A program made the position numbers and the translations under genes. From Gemmatimonadetes bacterium 13_1_40CM_69_22 (GTDB taxonomy: Bacteria > Gemmatimonadota > Gemmatimonadetes > Gemmatimonadales > GWC2-71-9): a DNA stretch of 64,000 nt. The stretch covers positions 119 through 64,118 of the forward strand of contig MNEL01000020.1 of NCBI GenBank assembly GCA_001917665.1, in the 5' to 3' direction. The notes under the pieces are model-generated. The model was given only the letters and a program-made list of their open reading frames with translations. It was not told where the DNA came from and did no database searches. How positions within the stretch are numbered: the stretch's first letter is position 1; every line of letters begins with the position of its first letter. Shown here piece by piece: positions 46,768 to 58,902 of the stretch.

Positions 46768-49197
46768 TTAGTTCTGCTTCGCCACCAGGCTCGGCTCGTG
46801 CGGTACGTCGCCCTCGAACACGAGGTGGCCCGCCTCGAACCTGGCGCCACGGAGCGCCAAGCTCAGCACCTCGCCCAGGTCCTCGACGAGGTGCACCTCG
46901 AGCGACGTCCGCACCTCTTCGGGAAGATCGTCCAAGTCCGGCGCGTTCTCCTTGGGGAGCACGATCGTGCGAATGCCGGCGCGGACGGCACCGAGCACCT
47001 TCTCCTTGACGCCTCCAATGGGCAACACCCGGCCCCGCAGCGTGACTTCGCCGGTCATCGCGAGGTCGTGGCGTGCGGGCCGCCGGGACAGCGCGGACAC
47101 CAGCGCGGTCGCCATCGTCACACCGGCGGACGGGCCGTCCTTCGGGATGGCACCGGCCGGGACGTGGATATGCACGTCGGTCCCGGTGAGGGCTGCGTCC
47201 GGGATACCGAGCTGGTCGGCGTGGCTCTTGGCGTACGTGAGTGCCGCGCGCGCCGATTCCTTCATCACGTCACCCAGCTGGCCGGTGAGCACCAGCTCGC
47301 CCTTGCCGCGCATCACGCTCGCCTCGACGAACATGATGTCGCCTCCGACCGGCGTGTAGTACATCCCCGTCGCGACCCCGATGTCGTCCTCCCGCGCCAT
47401 GCGCTCGGGGTGCACCTTGGGGCGTCCGATGAGATCGTCGACATGTTTCGCGTCCACTGTGACGCGCTCGGCTTCCCCTCCGGCGATCTTGCGGGCGACC
47501 TTGCGCCCGAGCTTGCCGATCTCGCGCTCGAGCTGGCGCACACCCGCCTCGCGCGTGTAACTCGTGATGATCGCGCTCAGAGCCTCGTCCGTCACCGTGA
47601 GCTGCTCGGGAGCCAGCCCGGTCTCGTGCAGCTGCCGCGGCACGAGGTAGCGCTTCGCGATCTCGAGCTTTTCGCGCTCGGTATAGCCCGCGAAGTTCAC
47701 CGTCTCGAGCCGGTCGAGCAGCGGCGCCGGGATGTACTGGAGGAAGTTCGCCGTCGCGATGAACAGCACCTCGGACAGGTCGAACGGCACACCGAGGTAG
47801 TGATCGGTGAACGAGTCGTTCTGTGCCGGATCCAGCACCTCGAGCAACGCGGCCGCGGGGTCGCCCTGGAACGAGACGCCCAGCTTGTCGACCTCGTCGA
47901 GCAGGAACACCGGGTTCTTCGCGCCGGCCTGCTTCATCCCCTGGATGATGCGGCCGGGCATGGCACCCACGTAGGTGCGACGATGGCCGCGGATATCGGC
48001 CTCGTCGCGAGCGCCGCCCAGCGAGATACGCACGTACGGCCGGCCCATCGCGCGGGCGATCGACTTGGCGATCGACGTCTTGCCCACGCCCGGCGGCCCG
48101 ACGAACAGCAGAATCGAGCCTTTCGACTGCTTGTCGTCTTCGTTGCCGCGCGCGTCGCCTTTCGGCGTGCGCTGTCGCAGCTGGCGCACCGAGAGGAACT
48201 CGAGGACTTCGTCCTTGACATCCTGCAGGCCGTAGTGGTCCTCGTCGAGGATCGCGGCCGCCCGCTTCAGGTCGAGCGACTCTTCGGCCCGCTTGTTCCA
48301 CGGCAGCTCGGCCATGGTCTCGAGATAGGTGCGGATCACCTGGGCTTCCATCGAGTCCCGGGCCGCCCGCTCGAGCCGCGCCAGCTCGCGATCCACTTCC
48401 TTGCGCGCGGCTTCGGGAAGCTCGAGCGCCGCGAAGCGCTTACGCAACTCTTCGACTTCCGTCGCTTCGTCTTCCTCGCCCAGCTCCTTGCGGATCGCCT
48501 TCATCTGCTCGCGCAGGAACAGCTCCCGCTGGCGCTCTCCCAGCTCCTCCTGAACCTGGGACTTGATCTGCTCCTGGGCGTCGAGCACCCCGATCTGACG
48601 TTGCACGTGCACCAGCACCCGGCGTAGCCGCTCCTCGACCTCGAGGGTTTCGAGCAATGCCTGGCGCTCGGCCGGGGCGATCTCCAGGTAGCCCGCCACG
48701 AGGTCGGCCAGGCGCCCCGGATCCGACACGCCCTCCAGCACCTGCCGCACCACCTCCTCGGGCAGCCCGGACTTCTGTCCGAGCTCCCCGGCCCGCTCGC
48801 GCGCCTCGCGGTGCAGCGCCACGAACGCCGGATCGTCGGGGCGGAGCGGCGGCCGATCCTCCACCTCCCGTACCACGGCCTCGAGATGCCCCTGGTTCTC
48901 GACATAGTGCAGCGCCACGCCGCGCTTCTCACCGTGCAGCAGCAGCTGCACGCCGCCCAGACCGCGCTGAATCTGGCTGATCTTGGCGATCGTCCCCGTC
49001 GTGTACAGCACGCTCGGGGTCACGTGATCGACGTTCTCGCGCTGCGAGACGGCGAAGATCAGGCGGGACTCCCCCTTCAGCGCCGCTTCGATAGCGCGCA
49101 ACGTAGTGGGACGGCCCGCGCCGATCGGCGCGGACACGCCCGGAAACAAGACGATCTCCCGGAGCGGAAGCACCGGGAGCGTCAAGCGTTCAGACAT
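46768..49197 (-). CDS. lon: ATP-dependent Lon protease
   Basis: LPVLPLR, DHYGL, GPPGVGKTS, RGHRRTYVGAMPG, DEVDK, PKDGPSAG, IGGVKEK. Confidence 0.96.
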   Translation of the reverse strand: MSERLTLPVLPLREIVLFPGVSAPIGAGRPTTLRAIEAALKGESRLIFAVSQRENVDHVTPSVLYTTGTIAKISQIQRGLGGVQLLLHGEKRGVALHYVENQGHLEAVVREVEDRPPLRPDDPAFVALHREARERAGELGQKSGLPEEVVRQVLEGVSDPGRLADLVAGYLEIAPAERQALLETLEVEERLRRVLVHVQRQIGVLDAQEQIKSQVQEELGERQRELFLREQMKAIRKELGEEDEATEVEELRKRFAALELPEAARKEVDRELARLERAARDSMEAQVIRTYLETMAELPWNKRAEESLDLKRAAAILDEDHYGLQDVKDEVLEFLSVRQLRQRTPKGDARGNEDDKQSKGSILLFVGPPGVGKTSIAKSIARAMGRPYVRISLGGARDEADIRGHRRTYVGAMPGRIIQGMKQAGAKNPVFLLDEVDKLGVSFQGDPAAALLEVLDPAQNDSFTDHYLGVPFDLSEVLFIATANFLQYIPAPLLDRLETVNFAGYTEREKLEIAKRYLVPRQLHETGLAPEQLTVTDEALSAIITSYTREAGVRQLEREIGKLGRKVARKIAGGEAERVTVDAKHVDDLIGRPKVHPERMAREDDIGVATGMYYTPVGGDIMFVEASVMRGKGELVLTGQLGDVMKESARAALTYAKSHADQLGIPDAALTGTDVHIHVPAGAIPKDGPSAGVTMATALVSALSRRPARHDLAMTGEVTLRGRVLPIGGVKEKVLGAVRAGIRTIVLPKENAPDLDDLPEEVRTSLEVHLVEDLGEVLSLALRGARFEAGHLVFEGDVPHEPSLVAKQN

Positions 49198-49246
49198 AGG
49201 TTCTTCCATTTGAGAGTTCACAACGGCCTCACGGCCGGACTGCGTC

Positions 49247-49262
49247 AGCATCGTCCGTGCCA
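49247..49262 (-). promoter_or_regulatory. Sigma54 -24/-12 promoter upstream of lon
   Basis: TGGCACG-GACG-ATGCT versus consensus TGGCACG-N4-TTGCW, with correct GG-N10-GC spacing. Confidence 0.65.
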
Positions 49263-49469
49263 CCAAGAGAACGCTTAAGCGAGCACGTCCGTTCCGTGCG
49301 GAGCGGTCAATAAGGCAGAAGCTGCCTTTTAGCCACTGATGATCAGGCCATCGGCCGTCAGCTTGGCGCCACCTACCGACGGCTTCGATCGTAAGTGCAA
49401 ACCGTTTGGATGGTTGCACGGTCGCGCCGACACGGCTAAATCTATGCGGCGCACACCGCTCGGACCCCG

Positions 49470-51299
49470 ATGACGGACGCAGACAAGTCGCTCGCCGCGC
49501 GCCTGATCCAGGCGTTGGGAAGCTCCTACACTGTCGAGGGGGAGCTCGGTCGCGGCGGGATGGGCGTCGTGTACAAAGCCCGTGACGAGCGCTTGAAGCG
49601 CCAGGTGGCGATCAAGGTGCTGCCCCCCGAGCTCGCCTTCCGGGAGGAGATCCGTATCCGGTTCCTGCGCGAAGCAGAGACGGCGGCGCGGTTGTCACAC
49701 CCGCACATCGTCCCGATCCATTCGGTCGGCGAAGGTCCGGACGGCCTCGTCTACTTCGTGATGGCGTACGTGGACGGCGAGTCGGTCGCGGCGAAGCTGA
49801 AGCGGCGCGGCCAACTGCCCTCGGAGGAAGCGCGCCGCATCATGCTGGAGACGGCGGACGCGCTCGGAGCCGCGCACGCGCTCGGCATCATCCACCGGGA
49901 CGTGAAGCCGGACAACATCCTGCTCGAAGGAAGCCGCGGTCGCGTCGTCGTGACGGACTTCGGGATCGCGAAGGCGCTCTCGTCGACCACGGGCTCGGCG
50001 ACGCTGACCGCCACGGGCGTGGCGATCGGGACGCCGCACTACATGAGCCCGGAGCAGGCCGCGGGAGATCGCGAGATCGACGGCCGCTCCGACATCTATA
50101 GCCTGGGCGTCGTGAGCTACCAGATGTTGACGGGGGAGCTGCCGTTCCACGCGCCGACGGTGCCGGGCATCCTCATGAAGCACATCACGGAGCGGGCACC
50201 GCTCGTCACAGATAAGTGCCGCGATTGCCCCGAAGATCTGGCGGCCTGCGTGATGCGCTCCCTCGAGAAGGACCCCGATGACCGCTGGCCCACGGCGGAC
50301 GCGCTACGGCGCGCGCTCGAGGCCCGCAGCGCGACCATGTCCCGGTCGCGACGAACCTCCGGGGGGCCGGCGCCGCGGGCGCCGCGGTTCCCGTCCCCGC
50401 CCGCCCTCCCCATCCCCCGAAGCCCCGACGTGGGACGTCGCCCGATCCGCCGTCGCGAGGCGGCGCAGTTGGCGCCTGCCGGCGAAGCGGACATTGTCCG
50501 CAAGATGCGCTCGAGCTTCGTGTCTTGGGCCTCGGTCGCCGGCGGGTGCTTGTTGTTCGACGTGGCGACCGGGTGGCATGGGTGGTCCTTGTTCGTGGCT
50601 GTGCCGTGGGGCGCGTTCGGCCTGCTGCCGCTCTACATGCGGCTCTGGAGTGCGGGCTACTCCTGGCGCGACGTGCTGCGCCGGCCGGCGGCGCCCGAGT
50701 CGGCGGAGGCGCAGCTCGCGGCGGCGGGGTCGCGGCCGCTCGATCTCCCGACCGCCACGGGGGACGAGTTCGGCCGCCTGGCGACGGCGGTGCAACAGGC
50801 GCGGAACGACCGCAAGGCCATTCTCAAGATCATGGAGCGGGTGCCCAAGTCCGAGAAGAAGCTGCTCCCGGACGTGATCGTCACGGTGGACGGGCTGCTG
50901 AAGCGGTCCGAAGACCTGGCGCGGACGGCGCACGCGATGAGCGGCGCCGTCGATCGCGGAGCGCTCGCACGACTCGAGGACAAGATCGCTGTGACGAAGC
51001 GGGAGCCCGAGAGCGCGGAGCGCGAGCGCCAGCTCAACCTGCTGCAGCGGCAGCGGCAGACGCTCACCGACCTGCTCACGCGCCGCCAGCTGGTCGAAGA
51101 CCAGATCGAGTCGTGCGTGCTCGCGATGCAGAACGTGCGGTTCGATCTGCTGCGCCTCAGATCGGCGGGCGTGGCCGCCGTGCTCGACGATCTCACCCAC
51201 GCCACTCAGCAGGCGCGCGCCCTGTCCCGCGACGTCGACCACGCCATCGCCGCGGCCGGCGAGATCCGGGAAGCGCTGGGGGAGCAGCCCGGCGCCTAG
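49470..51299 (+). CDS. Hanks-type Ser/Thr kinase with TM hairpin and C-terminal coiled coil
   Basis: LGRGGMGVVY, VAIK, HRDVKPDN, DFGIA, GTPHYMSPEQ, SDIYSLG. Confidence 0.93.
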   Translation: MTDADKSLAARLIQALGSSYTVEGELGRGGMGVVYKARDERLKRQVAIKVLPPELAFREEIRIRFLREAETAARLSHPHIVPIHSVGEGPDGLVYFVMAYVDGESVAAKLKRRGQLPSEEARRIMLETADALGAAHALGIIHRDVKPDNILLEGSRGRVVVTDFGIAKALSSTTGSATLTATGVAIGTPHYMSPEQAAGDREIDGRSDIYSLGVVSYQMLTGELPFHAPTVPGILMKHITERAPLVTDKCRDCPEDLAACVMRSLEKDPDDRWPTADALRRALEARSATMSRSRRTSGGPAPRAPRFPSPPALPIPRSPDVGRRPIRRREAAQLAPAGEADIVRKMRSSFVSWASVAGGCLLFDVATGWHGWSLFVAVPWGAFGLLPLYMRLWSAGYSWRDVLRRPAAPESAEAQLAAAGSRPLDLPTATGDEFGRLATAVQQARNDRKAILKIMERVPKSEKKLLPDVIVTVDGLLKRSEDLARTAHAMSGAVDRGALARLEDKIAVTKREPESAERERQLNLLQRQRQTLTDLLTRRQLVEDQIESCVLAMQNVRFDLLRLRSAGVAAVLDDLTHATQQARALSRDVDHAIAAAGEIREALGEQPGA

Positions 51300-54200
51300 A
51301 GCACCTCGCCGCGCCGGCACCGCGCGACGAGCGGCGGGCCGTCGTCACGCTCGATCCCGAACTCGAGCAACAGGATGAACTGCTGCGCGGCCTCCTCGCA
51401 GCGGCCCGCCCGCAGCGCCGCGACCGCGAGAAACTCGTGGAGCTTCGACCAGCCATCGCGACCCGCCACGGCCGCCCGCATCAGGCTGTCGGCGGTGCGC
51501 GGCGGTCCCTCCAGGGCGAAGCGCGTGAGCGCGTCCCCAAGCCATTCCCGGGGATAGGGGTGCCGCAACGTGCCGCGCGCGGCGGCCAACGCCGCCCGCG
51601 CGTCTGCCGCGGCCCCGGCCCAGTCCTTGGCACGTGCCGCCACCACCGCGAGGCCGGCGCGCGCTTCCGCAGTGTCGGCACCCGCTGCGAGCGCCCCGGT
51701 CAACAGAACGGCGGCCCGTGCGCTCTGTCCGCGCCGGGTCGCGACGAGCCCGGCGAGCAGCCACGCGCCGGGGTCGCGCCCCGGCCTCACGAGCCGCCCG
51801 AGCGCCGTGTCGGCGAGCGTCGAGTCGCCGAGTCCCAGCAAGATCGCGGCGGCGTTGACGGTCCAGAGAGGTTCATCGGGGCGGGCCCGGCGGGCGGCGT
51901 CGATGTAGCGCAGGGCAGCGGGATCACCGCGCCGCACGGTGAGCGCCCTGGCGAACAGGAACGGGGACGCGCCGTCCGCTTCCTGAGTCGCGGCGCGGAT
52001 CGCGACCAGCGAATCGAACACCCCCTCGGTACCCCGGCTGTCGAGGAAGCGACGCGCCGCGACGAACTCGAGCCGGGGCAGGTCGTCGCGATGCGCCACG
52101 CCGGGCTGCTTGAGCAGCTCGCCGACGCCCGCCGACCCGAGGAGCAGGTGGCCGAAGTAGTCGGCGGGTTGGTCCACGCCGAGATACTCGCGGCCGAGCT
52201 CGCCGAGCGAGCCACGGGCGCCGACCAGCCGCCCCAGCCAAGCGCGGTCGTACGTGAGCGGACGCGCCGAGCCGAGCACCATCACGTCGCCCGGCGAGCT
52301 GAACCAGATCTCCACGTGCGGGAACACCGCGGCAAGGTTCCGCACGATGCCCACCACGACGGGCACCGGCAGCTGGTATAGCTGCACCCACTGGGAGAAG
52401 ACGCCGCCCTCCGTGAGTCGCTCGCGCACGATCCGGAAGAACTCCGGCGTATAGAGGGTCGCGACGCCCGCGAGCCACGGGTTCGAGGGCTCGGAGACGA
52501 TCACGTCGTAGCGCGCCCGGTCGATCTGGAGCGCGCTCCGCGCGTCGTCGACGACGACGGAGACGGTGGGCCGGGCGAGCACGGTGTCGTTCACGTGTAG
52601 GAAGAACCGGCTCATATCCAGCACGGCGGGCTCGATCTCCACCACGCGCACCCGCTCCATCCCGGGGACGGCTGCGAGCGCGTGCGTGGTGACGCCGCTA
52701 CCATACCCGATCACCAGGGCCGACGTGGCGCCAGGCCGCGCCGCCACAGGGGCGAGGCCGAGCAGGATTTCCGTGTCCATGTCGCCGTGGTCCGAGGCGT
52801 CGGCCTTGCCGTTGACCTTGAGCGTGCGGCCGGTTCCGCTCTCCCACACCGACACGGTGGCGTTCCAGCCCTCGCGGTACGCCAGCTGCCGCACGCCGCG
52901 GTGCTCGAGGAAGTCCTGCCGCGCAACGGCACTCATCGGCTGTCGGGCATAGATGCTCGGGCCCAGATCGATGAGCCGGGTGCTCCAGCGCGGTGCGGCA
53001 AGGGCGACGGCGAGCCCCACGCTCGCGAGGCCGCCGGCGCCGAGCACCCGCAGCCGGAGACGGCGGTGCTGCTCGGAGCCTTCCGCGACGCGGCGCGCCA
53101 CCAGGACCGCGAGCGTCAGGGCCGCGCACGCGTTGATCGCCACACCAATGCGGAGCGTGCGATCGGTGCCCAGCGTCACCACCAGCAGGAATCCCGTGAG
53201 CACGGCGCCTGCGATGCTGCCCAGGGTGTTGAGGGCGTACGCGCGCCCCACGTCGGCCCCGCGCGCCACGTTCCGGGAGGCCACGAGATCCGTGAGGAGA
53301 GGAAACGTCATCCCCATGCCGAGCGCCGGGATCAGCACCACCGCGCCGACGCCGAATCCCATGGCGAGGAGTCGTTCCGTCGCCCCCAGGGACTGTGTCT
53401 GGAACACGGCGATGATGTAGCGCGGCAGCAAGCCAAACACGACGAACAGCGCCCCGGCCCCGGCGGCGGTCACGCCCTGCGCTAACGCGGCGTCCGCCGC
53501 AGCCTCGGACGCGGGCGCGCGGCGCCGCGCCACGACGGCGCTGCCGACGCCGATCCCGAGCAGGAAAACGAGCAGCACCAGGGTAAATGCGTAGGTCGAG
53601 CCGCCGACGATCATCACGAGCACCCGTGTCCACGCGATCTCGTCGAGCAGCGAGGCGAACGCCGTGAGGGCGAGGAGGAACAGCGCGACGGCGCGGAGCG
53701 GGGCGATGTGGTGCTCCCCGGGCTGTCGCCCGGGGTCAGGGGGTGGCGCGGCCGCCCGGGGATCGGGCAGGCGGAGCGCGCTCACGCCGATGAGCAGGTT
53801 CACCAGCGCGGTACCCCAGAGGCTCGCCCGGATGCCGACGTACTCGATGAGGAAGAACCCGGCGAGCGCCGTGCCCGCCACCGCACCGAGCGTGTTGAGG
53901 CCGTACAGGCGGCCCAGTGACGGTTGCAACGCGGCGCGGTCCGCGCCCATGAACGCCCGCGTGAGCACCGGGAGCGTGCCGCCCATCAGGGTCGTGGGGA
54001 CGAGCAGCACGAGCGCCGCGAGCCCGAAGCGCAGCGCGACGCTGGCGGTGCCGCTCAGCTGCCAGGCGCCCGCCGCGGCGATGTACACCCGGTGCGCGAG
54101 CGACAGGACAAGGGGCGAGACGAGGCCGAAGACCCCGATGGCGACCTCGAGTCCGCCGTACAGCGCTGCGGGGCGCGCGTGGCGGTCGGCGCGGCGGCCC

Positions 54201-54379
54201 AACAGCCACGCGCCCAGGCCGAGCCCCCCCATGTAGGCGGCGACGACCGTCGTCACCGACTGCACGGTGGAGCCGAACGCTTGGTACAGGAGGCGCACCC
54301 AGAGGAGCTCGTAGACGAGCCCGGTGGCGCCTGACAGAAGGAACAGGAGACTGTAAGCGCGCGCCGCGCTAGAACGCAT
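51296..54379 (-). CDS. Fused MFS-like/spermidine synthase-like membrane protein with TPR-like tail
   Basis: [22 protein letters not shown] repeat, [28 protein letters not shown]. Confidence 0.88.
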   Translation of the reverse strand: MRSSAARAYSLLFLLSGATGLVYELLWVRLLYQAFGSTVQSVTTVVAAYMGGLGLGAWLLGRRADRHARPAALYGGLEVAIGVFGLVSPLVLSLAHRVYIAAAGAWQLSGTASVALRFGLAALVLLVPTTLMGGTLPVLTRAFMGADRAALQPSLGRLYGLNTLGAVAGTALAGFFLIEYVGIRASLWGTALVNLLIGVSALRLPDPRAAAPPPDPGRQPGEHHIAPLRAVALFLLALTAFASLLDEIAWTRVLVMIVGGSTYAFTLVLLVFLLGIGVGSAVVARRRAPASEAAADAALAQGVTAAGAGALFVVFGLLPRYIIAVFQTQSLGATERLLAMGFGVGAVVLIPALGMGMTFPLLTDLVASRNVARGADVGRAYALNTLGSIAGAVLTGFLLVVTLGTDRTLRIGVAINACAALTLAVLVARRVAEGSEQHRRLRLRVLGAGGLASVGLAVALAAPRWSTRLIDLGPSIYARQPMSAVARQDFLEHRGVRQLAYREGWNATVSVWESGTGRTLKVNGKADASDHGDMDTEILLGLAPVAARPGATSALVIGYGSGVTTHALAAVPGMERVRVVEIEPAVLDMSRFFLHVNDTVLARPTVSVVVDDARSALQIDRARYDVIVSEPSNPWLAGVATLYTPEFFRIVRERLTEGGVFSQWVQLYQLPVPVVVGIVRNLAAVFPHVEIWFSSPGDVMVLGSARPLTYDRAWLGRLVGARGSLGELGREYLGVDQPADYFGHLLLGSAGVGELLKQPGVAHRDDLPRLEFVAARRFLDSRGTEGVFDSLVAIRAATQEADGASPFLFARALTVRRGDPAALRYIDAARRARPDEPLWTVNAAAILLGLGDSTLADTALGRLVRPGRDPGAWLLAGLVATRRGQSARAAVLLTGALAAGADTAEARAGLAVVAARAKDWAGAAADARAALAAARGTLRHPYPREWLGDALTRFALEGPPRTADSLMRAAVAGRDGWSKLHEFLAVAALRAGRCEEAAQQFILLLEFGIERDDGPPLVARCRRGEVL

Positions 54380-56489
54380 GCAGCTCGCGCATCGCCTGCG
54401 CGAGATCTTCCACCTGTGGCAGGATAAAATCCTCGAGCGCGGGAGCGTAGCCGACGAAGGTGTCGGTCGCCGCCACGCGCTTCACCGGGGCGTCGAGCCA
54501 GGCGAAGCACTCGTCCGCGATCTTCGCGGCGATCTCGGCGCCGTAGCCCCAGGACAGAGCATCCTCGTAGGCCACGAGTACCCGGCTCGTCTTCTGCAGC
54601 GACGCGGCGATCGTGGCGAAGTCCAACGGCGAGAGGCTGCGCAGATCGATCACCTCGCTGCTCACGCCGTCCTTCTCCTCGAGCTCCTTGGCCGCGACGA
54701 GCGCGCGCTGCACCACGGCGCCGTAGGTCACGACGGTCAGGTCCTTTCCCTGTTTGACGACCTTCGCCTTGCCGAACGGGATCATGAAGTTCGGGCCGGG
54801 GTTCGGCGCCTTGTTGTAGGTCTGGCGGTAGAGGTGCTTGTGCTCGAGGAAGAGGACCGGGTCGTCGCAGCGGACGGCGGTGCGGAGCAGCCCGTTTGCG
54901 TCCAGCGCCGTGCTGGGACACACGACCCGCAGCCCCGGAATGGCGGTGAAGACGACGGCCCCCGTCTGCGAATGGTACAGGGCACCGCCCTTCAGGTAGC
55001 CACCGTAGGTCACACGCACGACGGCCGGGGCGCTGAACGCGTTGCTCGAGCGCCACCGCATCGTGGCGAGCTCGTTGCGGAGCTGGTGGTAGGCGGGCCA
55101 GATGTAGTCGAAGAACTGGATCTCGACGACCGGCTTGAGCCCGCGGGTCGCAAGCCCGATTGCCCGGCCCACGATGTTGGCCTCGGCGAGTGGCGAGTTG
55201 TACACGCGCTCGCTCCCGAACTGGCGCTGCAGGCCCCAGGTGACCTTGAAGACCCCGCCCTTCCCCTTCACTTCCTTGAGGTTTTGCTCGCGGCTGGCGT
55301 CGGCCACGTCCTCGCCGAACACGACGATGCGCGGGTCCCGCGCCATCTCGTCCTTGAGGCAGGCATTGAGCAGATCCACCATCGTGGTGGGATCGCCCGC
55401 GAACTGGGGGTCATCCTCGGTGTCGAACTGCTCGGAGGTCGGGTCGACGTCCGGAGAGTACACGTAGCGCAGCGCCGATTCCGGTTGCGGCTGGGGGGAG
55501 GCGAGCGCCATGTCGGCCGCAACGCCGACTTCCTCCTCCACCTGCCGCCGCATCTGCTCGATCTCCGCCTCGGTGGCGACGCCTTCGGCGATCAGCCGCT
55601 TGGGGAAGGTGAGCGTGCAATCGCGTTTCGCTTCGTCCTCGCGCTCCTTCGGCGGCTTATACAGGACCTCGTCGTCCGAGAGCGAGTGCGAGTAGGGCCG
55701 GATGACGTGTGCATGGACGAGCGCGGGGCCCTTGCGCTGGCGGCAGTATTCGGCCGCGCGCACGAGCACCTCATAGGAGGCGACCGGGTCGCAGCCGTCC
55801 ACCTCGTCGACCAGCAGGTCGGGGAAATTGCGGACCAGCTTCGACACCGAGCCGCCCGCGGTTTGCACCTCGACCGGCACCGAGATCGCGTACTTGTTGT
55901 CCTCGACGAGGAACAGCACCGGCAGCTTGAGGTTGGACGCGGTGTTGAGCGCCTCCCAGAATTCGCCCTCGCTCGTCGTACCGTCGCCGATCGAGACGTA
56001 GACCAGCTCGTCGCCCTGGATCGGCTTGTCGGCGATGTCAGCGATGCGGGCGTAGCGCAGCCACGCCTCGGCGCAGCCCACCGCCTGCAGGAGCTGCGTG
56101 CCCGTCGGGCTCGACTGGCTGACGATGTTGAGCGCCTTGTGGCCCCAATGGGACGGCATCTGTCGGCCACCCGAGTTGGGATCCTCCGCCGCCCCCACCG
56201 CGGAGAGCAGCATCTCCGTCGGGGTCATGCCGAGCGTGAGGCAGAGCGCGCGATCGCGATAGTACGGATAGAACCAGTCGTAGGCGGGGCGGAGCACTCT
56301 CCCTGCGGCTGCGAGCACGGCTTCGTGGCCGGCGCCCGAGATCTGGAAGAAGATCTTGTTCTGCCGCTTGAGCTGGATCTCCTTGTCGTCGAGCCGGCGC
56401 GAGAGCAGCATCAGCCGGCAGATATCGAGGAGATCCGCTTTCGAGAGGACCTTAGCGGCCTTGGCTCTGGCGTGGGTCCGGGTCGCCAT
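54369..56489 (-). CDS. 2-oxoacid (branched-chain-type) dehydrogenase E1, fused alpha/beta
   Basis: [48 protein letters not shown]. Confidence 0.93.
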   Translation of the reverse strand: MATRTHARAKAAKVLSKADLLDICRLMLLSRRLDDKEIQLKRQNKIFFQISGAGHEAVLAAAGRVLRPAYDWFYPYYRDRALCLTLGMTPTEMLLSAVGAAEDPNSGGRQMPSHWGHKALNIVSQSSPTGTQLLQAVGCAEAWLRYARIADIADKPIQGDELVYVSIGDGTTSEGEFWEALNTASNLKLPVLFLVEDNKYAISVPVEVQTAGGSVSKLVRNFPDLLVDEVDGCDPVASYEVLVRAAEYCRQRKGPALVHAHVIRPYSHSLSDDEVLYKPPKEREDEAKRDCTLTFPKRLIAEGVATEAEIEQMRRQVEEEVGVAADMALASPQPQPESALRYVYSPDVDPTSEQFDTEDDPQFAGDPTTMVDLLNACLKDEMARDPRIVVFGEDVADASREQNLKEVKGKGGVFKVTWGLQRQFGSERVYNSPLAEANIVGRAIGLATRGLKPVVEIQFFDYIWPAYHQLRNELATMRWRSSNAFSAPAVVRVTYGGYLKGGALYHSQTGAVVFTAIPGLRVVCPSTALDANGLLRTAVRCDDPVLFLEHKHLYRQTYNKAPNPGPNFMIPFGKAKVVKQGKDLTVVTYGAVVQRALVAAKELEEKDGVSSEVIDLRSLSPLDFATIAASLQKTSRVLVAYEDALSWGYGAEIAAKIADECFAWLDAPVKRVAATDTFVGYAPALEDFILPQVEDLAQAMRELHAF

Positions 56490-56526
56490 GGAGTGAAAGA
56501 TAGCGCTCCCACGGCATCCGCACGAC

Positions 56527-58857
56527 TCACCACCGCTCCGTCTTCACATCCGCCAGAACCCCGTGCAGGTCATTGAACAGGACCTCTTTCGGCTCCGCGG
56601 GAAGGAGCGGACTTTGGTACTCCGTCTGATCCCCCCGGACCCCAATACGGAAGTGTGCAAAGCGGTTGTTCCCCAGGTCCGCCGAAACGAGAACGAACAT
56701 CTGGAAGTCGCCCGGCACGTACTCCTGCGTCACGCGGAGGCGGATCGTGTACTTCCCGCCCGCGACGGGTTGGCTGGTCCACGCCACGTGATAGGTGGGA
56801 ATGGCCGTGCCCTTCACCCACTCGTCGAAGAACCAGTCCATCGGAACGCCGGCGTGACGCTCGACGACACTTCGAAAGTCGTCGGTGGTCGCTGGCTTCC
56901 CCCGGTACGACTGATAGAAGTCGCGCATGGTCTCGAGGAAGCGATCCTGCTTCATCGTGCTGAGGTCGAGCATCAAGATGCGCAGCATGTGAAAGACCCA
57001 GGCGCCCTTCTCGTAGATCACCACGTCGTACCCGCGTCGCACGCTCGGCGTAGCGTTGCGGTAGCCGATCCAGATCGGGCCCGCATCGTCCCTTTCGTCC
57101 TTGATGTCGGCCTTGTACTGGTCGAGAAACTTGAAGTACTCGTCGTTGCGCTTGCGCTCGCTCTGGAGATACCAGAGGGCGGAGAACGAGGCCAGCCCCT
57201 CGCTCAGCCAGGCGTCGCGATACGAGCCGGGTTGGACGCCGTTGCCCCACCACTGATGGGCGACCTCGTGCGCTCGGAAGAATTCGTCGAAGCCGTCGAG
57301 CGAGGTGTTCTGGAAGGTCGACCAGGACAGGTCGATCATTCCGGGAAAAGATACGCCCTCATCGTACGGGATCTCCGTGACGTAGAAATGACTGTAGGGG
57401 CACTCGCCAAAGAGATTCGTGAACAGCTTCAGGCTGTTCGAGACATCCGCCGCGACGTTCTCTCGCATGCGCTTCTGCTGCGGGATCATGTAGCCCCGCG
57501 CCATGAGCTCCCGCGCGAGTTGGCGATGCGCGTCCTCGGAGAGGAGCACATCCAGCGCGGGCGCGTCCGGTTGCGCCACGTGGTAGTTCTCGAACACGCC
57601 GAGGTTGAACGTGGCGAAGGGCGTCGGGAGGCGCGTGACCCAGTGCGTCGTCAGCACCTTGTCTGCCACCGTGGAGTCGGTGCGCTCGCCCACGCTGACG
57701 AGCGGATACCAGGTGGGGCTGTGATACGTGAGATCGAACGTCGCGAGGTTCTTGCCCTGCCGGTTTACAGGATACCACGATGCGCCCGGATCGATGAAAA
57801 ACCAGTCGCCATGCCGATCGATCAGGCCGCCGCCAGCGCTGTGATAGAACAGCCTCAGCGCCGGGGAGTCGCCCGCTTGCAGCCGGCGACCCGCCCGCAC
57901 CCACAGGTCGTCGCTATCCTTGGCCTTGAACACCGGGGCGGGCTCCCCGGTACTCCAACGCGCCGAGTCCACCAAGAGCTTCGGGTGGAGCCCGAACAGG
58001 AGCCACGGTCCCACGGGCTCGACGGCCGTCAGGGACAGCGTGGCGCTCGCGGCGAAATCGAGGTTTGCACCGGCCGTCGGCGTGAGCTGAACCTCCATGC
58101 GGTAGCTCGGCACGTCGAGCCGCTCGCGATACATCCAGGACCCGCCCGTGCCCCTTAAGGGTCGCTGCAGTGGAGACTGCGTGACGACGGCCCAACTGCT
58201 CCCCCAGCGGAGGCGGCTCACAGGACGGTACAGCTGCACCGCCTCACTCACCTCCGGGTTGATCTGGAAGAGCACCGCCCCACCGTGGGCGCGCTCCACG
58301 CGCGCCAGGAAGAACCCGGTCGGCTCGCCGCTGAGCAGCGGGCCGATCACATCGCTGCTGAACGACCCATCGTTGCTTCCCTTGAGGGTGCCGACCAGGT
58401 CGCGCACGTGGTCGCCGACCTCCCCGGGAATCTCGGCCTGCCGGAATGGGAGCACGCCGAGTTGATCGACCGTCGAGTCCGAGAAGACCAGGATCGCTTC
58501 GGTGAGGGTATCCTCGAGTGCGGGAGATCCAGCGAACCGCTGGAGCTCGGCTCGCTCGGCGGGAGGGTCGGGTGCGAAGCTGAACCGGCCCTCGCCCCGA
58601 AACAGGGCGCCCACGGTCCGGCCGCCGACGGGCCCGAGCAGATACAGCGTCCCGCGCTCCAGGGTGAGCCGGCCGACGTCACGGCTGAGGACGAGGTGAC
58701 TGACCTCGGCCACGCGCCCGGGCAGCGGCGCGAGGTTGCTGACCTGTTGGTACCGCTCCAGGTAGGTCGCGGCCGGGGAATGCCCATCGGACGCCGAGTT
58801 CTGGCCGAGGAGGCGAGCGGGAACGAGCACCAGCGCCAAAAGGGGAAGACGGGTCAT
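56527..58857 (-). CDS. Secreted M1 family aminopeptidase
   Basis: [11 protein letters not shown]...WLSEG, YEKG; signal peptide. Confidence 0.9.
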   Translation of the reverse strand: MTRLPLLALVLVPARLLGQNSASDGHSPAATYLERYQQVSNLAPLPGRVAEVSHLVLSRDVGRLTLERGTLYLLGPVGGRTVGALFRGEGRFSFAPDPPAERAELQRFAGSPALEDTLTEAILVFSDSTVDQLGVLPFRQAEIPGEVGDHVRDLVGTLKGSNDGSFSSDVIGPLLSGEPTGFFLARVERAHGGAVLFQINPEVSEAVQLYRPVSRLRWGSSWAVVTQSPLQRPLRGTGGSWMYRERLDVPSYRMEVQLTPTAGANLDFAASATLSLTAVEPVGPWLLFGLHPKLLVDSARWSTGEPAPVFKAKDSDDLWVRAGRRLQAGDSPALRLFYHSAGGGLIDRHGDWFFIDPGASWYPVNRQGKNLATFDLTYHSPTWYPLVSVGERTDSTVADKVLTTHWVTRLPTPFATFNLGVFENYHVAQPDAPALDVLLSEDAHRQLARELMARGYMIPQQKRMRENVAADVSNSLKLFTNLFGECPYSHFYVTEIPYDEGVSFPGMIDLSWSTFQNTSLDGFDEFFRAHEVAHQWWGNGVQPGSYRDAWLSEGLASFSALWYLQSERKRNDEYFKFLDQYKADIKDERDDAGPIWIGYRNATPSVRRGYDVVIYEKGAWVFHMLRILMLDLSTMKQDRFLETMRDFYQSYRGKPATTDDFRSVVERHAGVPMDWFFDEWVKGTAIPTYHVAWTSQPVAGGKYTIRLRVTQEYVPGDFQMFVLVSADLGNNRFAHFRIGVRGDQTEYQSPLLPAEPKEVLFNDLHGVLADVKTERW

Positions 58858-58902
58858 GACGCCAAACTTGGCGCGCCGTTGGCCCGGGTCAATATTTCAC
58901 CC

